This document shows, piece by piece, positions 51,030 through 60,000 of a stretch of DNA of 60,000 nucleotides. The position numbers were made by a program, and so were the translations under genes. Location: positions 8,496,001-8,556,000 of the forward strand of contig NC_087438.1 of assembly GCF_036321535.1 (NCBI RefSeq), written 5' to 3'. Every line of letters starts with the position of its first letter. Within the stretch, counting starts at the first letter, position 1. The stretch comes from Camelus dromedarius (taxonomy: Eukaryota). Below the pieces are notes generated by a model that searched no databases, had not been told where the DNA came from, and saw only the letters and a program-made list of their open reading frames with translations.

Positions 51030-53210
51030 ACAGGAAGAAAAAGCGCTTGACCAAATTCAACATCCTAATAAAAACTCTCTGCAACCTAAGTAAGAGTACA
51101 AGGGAACAATCCCAACCTGGAAAAGAGCTAGCAAAAAACTAACACCTAAAAAATAACAAAAAACTTAACGATTTCCCCTAAGAATGAATGTGCAGTAAGA
51201 ATGTATACTCTTGTCACCTTTATTTAACATTGTACCAGAGATTCCAGCCAGTAAAATGAAAGTAAGTGAATAAAAGATACATCGTCTGTTAAGATAGAAA
51301 TGAAACAGTAACTATTCACAGACTACATAATTGGTTATGTACTGATTCCCAAAGAATCTACATAAAGGTTACTAAAACTAACAAGCTCCCTTAACAAGAC
51401 TGCAGGACACAGATCAACATGGAAAATTAATTTTTTTATGTATGTACTTGCAAGGAACAATTGGAAACTGAAATAAAACAATTCTATTTAGAGTATCAAG
51501 ATATGTAGAGATAAATGTCATAAAATAACAAGATTTATGCAGTAAAAATAAGGAAAGGAATTTACTTCATGGGTTGGGACACTCAATATTATTACTAAGA
51601 TGTCTCCAAATTATATTTAAATTTGATGAAATCCTAATCAAAATTTCAGCAGTCATTTCTGTAAACATTGACAGGTTGTTAGAAAATTTTGCATTTAGAG
51701 AAAAACCAAGAAAAAAAAATTGAAAAAGAAGAATAAATTTAGAAGACTTATATCACCTCATTCAAGATGTAACATGAAGCCAGAGTGTCCAGGCAGTGTC
51801 TTGTTGACAGAAAAACAGACATACAGAATGAAGGAATAGAAGAGATTTCAGAAATATGCCCCCTCACAGGGGAGTCAATTGGTTTTTGACAAATGTACCA
51901 ACATAATTTCACCAGAGATGGGAAAGTCTTCTCAACAACTGATCTTGTAATCGGACATATTTTTGGATATATACATAAAAAGGACCTAATACCACAGATT
52001 AAAAAATCAACATAAAAAGATCATAGACCTAATGTAAAACTTAATGTGTAAAAATCCTCAGAGAAAGCATTTAGAGTTAGACAAAGACTTTATGTGTATG
52101 ATACAAAAGTTAGGAATCATCAAAGAGAAAAATTACAAAACAGAACTTCATTAAGATCTAAAACTTCTGCTCTTTGAAATAAAGTAGACCCCCGAACAAT
52201 GTAGGGGTGAATCCACATACAATTTTTTTTAATTGAAGCACAGTCAGTTACAATGTGTCAGTTTCTGGTGTACAGCACACTGTCCCAGTCATGCATACAC
52301 ACATGTACAGTTTATAAAGGGCCCTCCATATCGATGGTTCCTCCACAGCCACAGTTCTTCTGCATCCGTGGATTGAACCCACCATGGACTGTGGTACTAT
52401 AGTATTTACACTTGACCGCAGAAGCAACACAGAGGGCAAAAAAGGACATTTAAAATGCTCAACATTAGTGGCTATTAAGGAAATGCAAAGTAAACCCAGA
52501 ATGAAATCCCACTACCCATCTACTAAAATGGACAAAATAGAAATATATTGAAACCACAGAGTGCTGAGCAGGAACACGGACGCTTCTGCATTGGTGGTGG
52601 GAATGGAAAAGCGCACAGCAATTCGGGGTGAGTCTGATGGGTTTTAAAAAGTGAAAACATAAGTGGAAGAATGTGACCCAGCAATCCCACTCCTGGGCAT
52701 TCTACTTGAGAAATAAAAACCTATGTTTGACATCTGTCAGCAAATGGTTACAGCAACTTTATTCATAGTAACTGATAACTGGAAACAGTGGAAATGCCCA
52801 TTACTGGTGAATGGATAAACAAACAGAGACACAGCCATACAGAATACTACGTAATTTTTTATTGCAGTGTTGATGTAAGTTACAACATCGTACAAGTCAA
52901 ATACATGGCGATGAGAGAAGAAGCCAGACCCAAAAGGCTACACACGGCATGAATCTTGTATGTGATGTCCTGAAAAAGGCTAAACTCCAAGGACAGAAAT
53001 CAGATGGGGTTGCCAAGCGTTGAAGACAGAAAGAGGGGATGACCCCAGCGGGGCAAGACAGGGCTTGGTGGAATGAGGGAACTGTTCCGTATTTTACTCT
53101 GGGTGGTGGTTATAAAACTGTACACACCTGTCAGAAGTCATTGGATTTAAATCTAAAACTTTGAGTTTTATTATATGTACATCCTGAAGCATACTTGAAG
53201 TTTTAAAAAT
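51030..53210 (+). mobile_element. Old LINE-1 (L1M-type) ORF2/3' UTR relic with nested elements
   Basis: Sense ORF2 motifs (GAAAAAGCGCTTGACCAAATTCAACATCC; TATTCACAGACTACAT; GACCCAGCAATCCCACTCCTGGGCAT; GGTGAATGGATAAACAAA). Confidence 0.85.
52183..52412. mobile_element. Tigger2a-like (TcMar) non-autonomous DNA transposon, split by an antisense L1 tail (about 52222-52305)
   Basis: AGTAGACCCCCGAACAATGTAGGGGT...GGCCCTCCATATC...CTGCATCCGTGGATTGAACC...GTACTATAGTATTTAC, with TTTTTTAATTGAAGCACAGTCAGTTACAATGTGTC inside. Confidence 0.7.
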
Positions 53211-53947
53211 ATGAATCACATGACAGAGCTCTGAAGGACCAACGCCAGGACAAATTCAACACGTGTGGGCGAGGCAGGTGGCGCTGGGGGAGGGAGGGAG
53301 CGGCGTGCTCTGGGAGCAGCTAGGCAATGGCTAGAGGTAAAAATCAAAGAAAAAGGAGACTTTGCGGCATAAAATGCAAGCGCACACCCAGTGACAAAGA
53401 GCTAACCCTCTCAGCACCTGCACCATCAAAATGCTTCCGGAAGTGCTGCGTAAACCTCGTCATTTGAAAATAAATGCTTTACAGACGAATCATGATCGCT
53501 TCCTCTGCTTCTCTCTCCCGCTCCTCCCGTGGTTACCTTCATCTGCAACACCCGCACCAATGGCAGCTGCAGACTTTTCCTCTGCCTTCTAACTTTGCTT
53601 CCCTAGATAGCGTCAGAAGCCAAAACAAGTACTTGTATGGTGTGGACTTTTGAACAGGAGATAAAAGGCGATCTGAGAGCACTCAGTTAAACTGGAACAC
53701 AGAACACCAGTACCCTGCAAGGCCTTGGGTCGGATGCCACGACAAGTGGCCTTTCATTACATCACGGATACAGTAATAAATTCTGACTCCCACGCCAGAG
53801 AAGCCACAACTACAAACACAAGTAGCAAGACTTCCAAATCTCATTTCACAGGCCTCTCAACTTGCCTCCTTTGACAGTAAGATGCCTCATAGGAAACAGG
53901 ATGACAAAACTTAAATGAGTGGATGAGGAAAGAAAGAGAACAGAAGA

Positions 53948-54046
53948 ACTGAAAAATGGTGCTCTACACTGGACTTTAACACAACATTGTAAAATGATTA
54001 TAAATCAATAAAAATGTTAAAAAAATTTTTAAATAAAAAATAAAAA
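53948..54046 (+). mobile_element. Very short LINE-1 3' tail with TSD
   Basis: ACTGAAAAATGGTGCTCTACACTGG...ATTGTAAAATGATTATAAATCAATAAA plus A-tail; TSD AAAGAAAGA(G/T)AACAGAAGA at 53929-53947 and 54047-54065. Confidence 0.9.
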
Positions 54047-56199
54047 AAAGAAAGATAACAGAAGAGTACTGCGTGCCTGCTCTGAACGAGGCTGTCGGCT
54101 TACCCATGACTATGTTCTCCAAAGCAGCTGTAATACTGAAGGAGTCTACTCAAGACATGGTATGTGCTAAATTTAATAAGTGGCCATTTAATAATGGAAA
54201 TGGATGATGATAATAAAAAGATACCACCACCACCAGAAGATAAATTGATTTACCTGTTTAAGACAATTCCTTTCCAACCAACTGTTCTGACAAGAGTGTC
54301 TAACAGGGGCCCATTTAATTAAGTTAAGTTAACTTAATATGTAAGATAGAAACCCGTGATGAATAGCTTGTGTATTTGTAGAAGTAAAATCAAAACCGGC
54401 TGCTAGAATTTCTGCAGTGCTTCCTATATGTGCTGTTTTAACCAGCACATGATAAGGAAGGGACGACTAGTCGAGGGCAGGAGGGACTAGTCCCTGTAAG
54501 ACGTGGCAAGCTGGAATCACAATCCATAGCTGGGGAGTTAGGCCACTGCCCCAGCGGCTGGGTTTGAAGTCACTGCACTGGACCTGCCCGTGTTTTCCAG
54601 CTTATTCTATAGTTGGAGTATCTCTGGGGCGCAAACAGATCCTTTGGACAAGAAGTGTGAAGTTTTTGTTTTTGATTGTCCTGACCCAAAGCCTTTTAAT
54701 TTTCTCCTGAATCTGTTTCTTCAGCTCAAAGACTTGAGAACATGTTCTAGAGTGAGAAAAACATGTACACGATTTCTGGTCATGAATATGCACAAACCGG
54801 TTGGTCACTGAAACTTGGGGTGGTATTCTGGAAACAAACCAATACTGGAAAGAGTTAAATGCACACACTTTTGCTCTGATTAATACTTGCAGGCCCTCCA
54901 CACTTCCCCGTGACCATAGCCAACAGCCTATGACCAGCTGGCACTGCCTTCTGCACAGACCAGGCACCTGCCCTGGGTTCTCCTGGCTCCAGTCCTCACC
55001 GTGCTGGGATGTGTTTACACACAGCTTCTGTTCTGAAAACCCCACTTGTGTTCTTCGTGCTTTCTTTCCTTTTTACCCTCACATTCCCTCTTGAGATACC
55101 TGCCCTCCCCGGCATCCCACACCGAGCCTCACATCTCGGATTTTCCTCTGCCCAGAAAGGAGGTTCCAGGCTCTCCACAAATCACTCCTTTTGCTTCCAC
55201 CAAACGTCACGATTCCTGGGGTTCACTTGTGCTCCTTGGGGTTCTTTCCCTCCCAGCCCTGCAGTTTTAGATTCCCCTCGCTGTCCTTTAAGGATCTCAA
55301 AATCATCAGGCACATTTATTTTGCATTTTCTCTGCCAGATGTGAATATATGTATATTCCAGAGTAACGGTTCTCAAACTTCAGAGTGTGTCAGAGTCGGG
55401 CGGAGATGTAAAACTACAGAAGCCGAAGCCTCTCCTTAAGTGAAGGTCAGCCTTTTTGAAGTTCATTAGCTCTCTCAGTAAGGATTCTACTACACATGGA
55501 AGTCTGAAACAGACTGCTGTGGATTCAGGGTAATGTGACTCAGCTGCCCCAGAACAGGTTCCGTTCTGAGTAACTGACTACCTACATTCTATATTTTAGA
55601 ATGAAAGCCAGGCCCATGAAAACAGACTCATCCAACTCAAGCAATACTCCGCGAAGGCTATCTTGAAATGTATGTTTTAATTTTTAATATTCTTTGCTAG
55701 AATATGAGAGTATCAATATTAAACACCTTGCATCCATTTATGAGATACACTTTTTTCACATTTTAATGTCTCTCATGTTGGAGGTTTTAAAATCCGCATC
55801 TTAAAAATGTCTGTCAGCATCTTTCCTGTCACATTAGCCCCTAACACAATGGTGCAACTCACAATCAACATTTAAAGAAAGTCCTCCACTAACTGGAAGT
55901 TAAGAGAGAATCTGTAACCAAACAATTCAAATACTATTATGGAAATAAAGACGGCAGAACGATGCAATATTGAAATGACTAATTTAGTTCCATCTAGGAC
56001 ATTTAAATATAAAAGTATAAAAGAGAAATTGATAATGGTGTTCCAGTATCAAATTATCAAGAAAACTGAAGTCTTCCCTTCCAAGAGTTGAGTTGTTCTG
56101 TCAGGAGCCACGAAAGGGCGGGGTGTGGATTTCATTCTGAATCTCTTGACTTGTGGATCAACAAACTCAGGTTTGTCCTGAGACCCTTCCAGATAATAG

Positions 56200-56560
56200 T
56201 GTTCCAGAGTCACCAATTTATGCATAACCAGCTACCTCAGGCTCGGTGGTATAGAACAATGACAACTTTAAAAAGTATTGCCATCTATCGTGGACGGCTC
56301 CAAAGGTTACTTGGTGTCAGCTAAGTGGGGTTCACTGGGGTCCTGCGTGTGGCTGCAGTCAGAACGTGAGTGACTAATGGCTGGAGGCATCTCATAGACC
56401 AGATGCCTGGGATGGAAAGACACAAACAGCTGGGGCTGGGACATCTGGGCTCCTTGGGCATCCCTCTTGGTCTCTATCTCCAGGATGCTGCCTTCTGGCT
56501 ATCACATTTTTTACATTTAGTCTCAGGGCTCCAAAGGTGAGTGTCTCCAGAGAGAGAAAA
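56200..56560 (-). mobile_element. MaLR LTR fragment (MLT1H/I-like), antisense
   Basis: GTGTGGCTGCAGTCAG...GGCTGGAGGCATC...AGCTGGGGCTGG...CTCAGGGCTCCAAAGGTGAGTGT. Confidence 0.65.
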
Positions 56561-58159
56561 AGAATTCACGTAAGTATTCTGAGGCAAACAGAACTCTAAA
56601 CAACCTAAAAAAAATTCACAGATTGACAAGCATGCCCTTCCTAAATACAAACTGGATCGATATAAAAATCTCTCAACAAAGTTGCTTAAAATACCATAAA
56701 TAATGTTCCTTTATGAAATATTCATTGTTTACTACCATGTGTTGAAGATCATTTCAAAATGTACTATAAGGGGATCTGTGCCCCTCAGAATTAATCATCT
56801 CAGGTTAGGGGAAGATTTTATTTCTTATCTATGGCATCCAGAGAAATGTGAGGCCCAGTGACATGAATATTCAAAACAATAAAAATGCTTCACACGCTTT
56901 ATATGTTTCAATGTAATAAACATGAAGTGGGCAATGGCCACTCTCCACGATGTAGACGCAACTTTTAAAACCTGCACAATAGGATTCAAATGCAGCAAAC
57001 TGAGCCCCCACCCCAAATAATTCTGGGTTATTTTGTGTTATATAATAAGATCACAAGTATGGGTGAATAGGAATCCCCACTGTTCAGGATAAAAAGTCTC
57101 TAGAGTTACCATTCTGAGGTTTATTTTCAATGAGAAGTAGGTTCAAGGGGAAATCATAGCTGTAATTACTAGGAGGTAATGTTGGTAACTAAGGTTTTCA
57201 ACTTTAAAACCGTAAACACCCCAAATCTATTTGTTCGTGTGCTATGGATTAAAGTGACTGAGAAACTCCACTTTTTCATGTACATACTTATCCTAAAAAG
57301 CAGCTATTGACAAAGTTTAAAAATTACGTTTCAGTGTAACAGAGAAATCGATGACACAAATTATTTAAATTAAGATATTTTCGTGATAATGGTATTAATG
57401 AAACAAATTTTATTTTCAACATCACCCTGAGTGGCCGAAATACGTTATTTCATTGAATTCTCACCACAAACCTACAAGGCCTATGATATCCTCTCAGTTT
57501 TAGATCTGAGAAATCTATGGTACAAATCAGCCAATTTTCTGCAAATGCTCAAGGAATCCTTTCAGCTCTTCACAAAGAACAGTAATGAAAGTGGAAGCAA
57601 AGTAACCCTCCAACAGGCAATCCTCACCCTCTCTTTTCTTGCCAGTCCATTTTAGAAATCCCTTTTTTTTGTATGCTAGTCTGTTACAGAACCACTACCA
57701 TCAGCCTTACAGGACCTCTAACTCCCAGATCAGCAATCGATTAATCCCAGACAAAATAACAGCAACAAAAAACAAATGAGACACTGGGTCCCCAGGAGCC
57801 CTAAGTCACTGCAGTTAAAGGATTAATTAAACTTGGAACATGATCACTGAATTTAAGCCTTAAATTGATTAAGTCAGTAAAAATCTTTACTCACCACACA
57901 CTCTGTGCCGGGCATCAGAATAAAACAGTTAAAACAACAAATGGCTGTTCCCCTGAAGTTTCCATTCTAGAAGGTGAGGCAGACAAAAAAGAAACAGCAC
58001 AGTAAAGACGTGGAGGTAAGAAACAAACATGAAGCAGGGCAAGGCATACAGAGTGACCCTGGCTGGGATAGCCTCTCTGGGGTGTGGACATTTCAGCAGA
58101 GGGGACATTATAGATCACAGCTCGTCTAGAAACTGGCCAGCTTTTCCTGGACAAATCAC

Positions 58160-58415
58160 ATAACCTGGTAACCACAAGTCTGTTTTCTATGTCTGTGAGT
58201 CTGTCTCTGTTTTGTAAATAAGTTCATTTGTGTCTTTTTTTTTTTTAAGATTCCACATGTAAATCATATCATCTGGTACTTTTCTTTCTCTTTCTGGCTT
58301 ACTTCACTTAGAATGATGATCTCTAGGCCCATCCATGTTGCTGCAAATGACATTATTTTATTCTTTTTTATGGCTGAGTAGTACTTCATTGTATATACAC
58401 ACATAATCTTTTTAT
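58160..58415 (-). mobile_element. LINE-1 3' fragment, antisense
   Basis: GGTAACCACAAGTCTGTTTTCTATGTCTGTGAGTCTG...CCATCCATGTTGCTGCAAATG...TTATGGCTGAGTAGTA. Confidence 0.9.
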
Positions 58416-58654
58416 GTCCAAGCTTCCTGATCTGTAAAATTAGGGATTAGACTAGAATGGCACTTAATGGACTTCCAGGCTCTGAAGTTCTGTGACTCTG
58501 AGACCTTTCATTCAAAAGAAAGCCTTACAATGAAGAGTTTGCTCTGTGAATTTATCTAAAGACCCTCTGATTCCAATGGAACCAACTTCATCAATCTACC
58601 GCCAAACTGCATTTCCTTATGAACCCTTCCTGACAAGAGGCAAGGTTATATATG

Positions 58655-59566
58655 TCATATATATATATATATCCCACATTTTTCTTTATTCATTCATCCA
58701 CTGATGGACACTTAGGCTGCTTCTATATCTTGGCAACTGTAAATAATGCTGCAATGAACATGGGAGTACAGATATCTTTTTGAATTAGTGTTTTTATTTT
58801 CTTCAAGTAAATACCCAGAAATGAAATTGGTGAATTATATGATAGTTCTATTTTAAATTTTTTGAAGAAACTCCATACTGTTTTCCACGGTGGGTACACC
58901 AATTTACCATCCCACCAACAGTGCACAAGGGTTCCCTTTTCTCCATATCCACACCAGCATTTATCTCTTGTCTTTTTGGTGGTGCCCATTCTAACAGGTG
59001 TGAGCTGATATCTCATTGCTGTTTTGATTTGCATTTCCTGATAATTAGTGACGTTGAGCATCTTTTCGTGTACTTATTGGCCATCTTTATGTCTTCTCTG
59101 GAAAATACCTATTAAGATCTTCTGCCCATTCTATAATCAGATAGTTCTTTTGTTTTTTTTTTTTTTTTTGCAATTGAGTAGTATGAGTTATTTATATATT
59201 TTAGATATTAACCCCTTATTGAATATACAATTTGCAAATATTTTCCCCCAGTCCATAGGCTGCCTTTTTATTTTTGTTAGTGATTTCCTCTGCTTTGCAA
59301 AGCTTTTTAGCTTCATGTAGTCCCACTTGTTTATTTCTTGCTTTGTTGCCTTTGCTTTTGGAGTCAGATCCAAAAAATTCTCACCAACGCCAATGTCAAG
59401 GAGCTTACTGCCAAAGTTTTCTTCTAGGAAGTTTATGGTTTCAGGTCTTGCATTCAAGTCTTTAATCAAATCAGTTAAGTTCTGTGTATGATGTAAGATA
59501 GTGGTCCAGTTTCATTCTTTTGCATGTGGCTGTCTAGCTTCCCGACATCATTTATTGAAGAGACAC
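58655..59566 (-). mobile_element. LINE-1 ORF2 C-terminal fragment, antisense
   Basis: ORFs 59188-59469(-) IKDLNARPETINFLEEN...INKWDYMKLKSF and 58723-59061(-) [17 protein letters not shown]...[11 protein letters not shown]...[11 protein letters not shown] (cysteine-rich domain). Confidence 0.96.
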
Positions 59567-60000
59567 AACAGGCATAGTATCTCTGAACATTAGCAAAGAA
59601 TTTTCAGGACTCCACATTGTCTATCTTGTTCACCAGGCATCTAACTTGTTCACGTATTTACTGCCCAAATTCCTATCACCTGAAAAATACTAATTAATGA
59701 AATCAACTTCAGTGCAGAAATCCTGACTTTTTTTCATGATATGAAAGATGATGCTTAGTACATGGTATCAGAAGTAGGGCTTACACAAAGGGAGGAGGCA
59801 ACTGTGAATACACTGAAAAATTTGGATCCACAATGACCTCTTAAGTCCAGTTTGACAGGCTGAATTCCATAAGCTGTACCAGTAACAAATGCAAACCTCT
59901 ACACTAGGGATTAGAAGACCACATGAACAAGAACAGCATGGAAAAGTGAGGTAGAAACATATATGAAGAAAATCTCCTTAGGGGTTGTAGCAGTAGTAAG

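Overview
AT-rich, repeat-dense mammalian non-coding DNA (intronic or intergenic). The tRNA-derived SINEs match the camelid Vic-1 type, so the source is most likely a camelid (alpaca, llama or camel). I recognise no host protein-coding exon. Every ORF with a recognisable product is a fragment of LINE-1 ORF2; the rest look like chance ORFs. The window holds many LINE-1 3' fragments (several with readable target-site duplications, TSDs), three SINEs, about eight MaLR/MLT1 solo LTRs, MER5/MER3/Tigger DNA transposons, MIR and L2 relics, a decayed hAT/Charlie transposase, a 3x63-bp minisatellite and a long (GAAA)n purine tract. Most notable: an L1 insertion with an apparent 5' inversion plus a short 3' transduction (30849-31294), several nested insertions, and a set of minus-strand segments bounded by splice-like signals that could be 5'-UTR or micro-exons of an unidentified gene (hypothesis only). 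I found no convincing novel biological system. Repeat family names come from recalled consensus sequences, and repeat boundaries are approximate unless a TSD is quoted.
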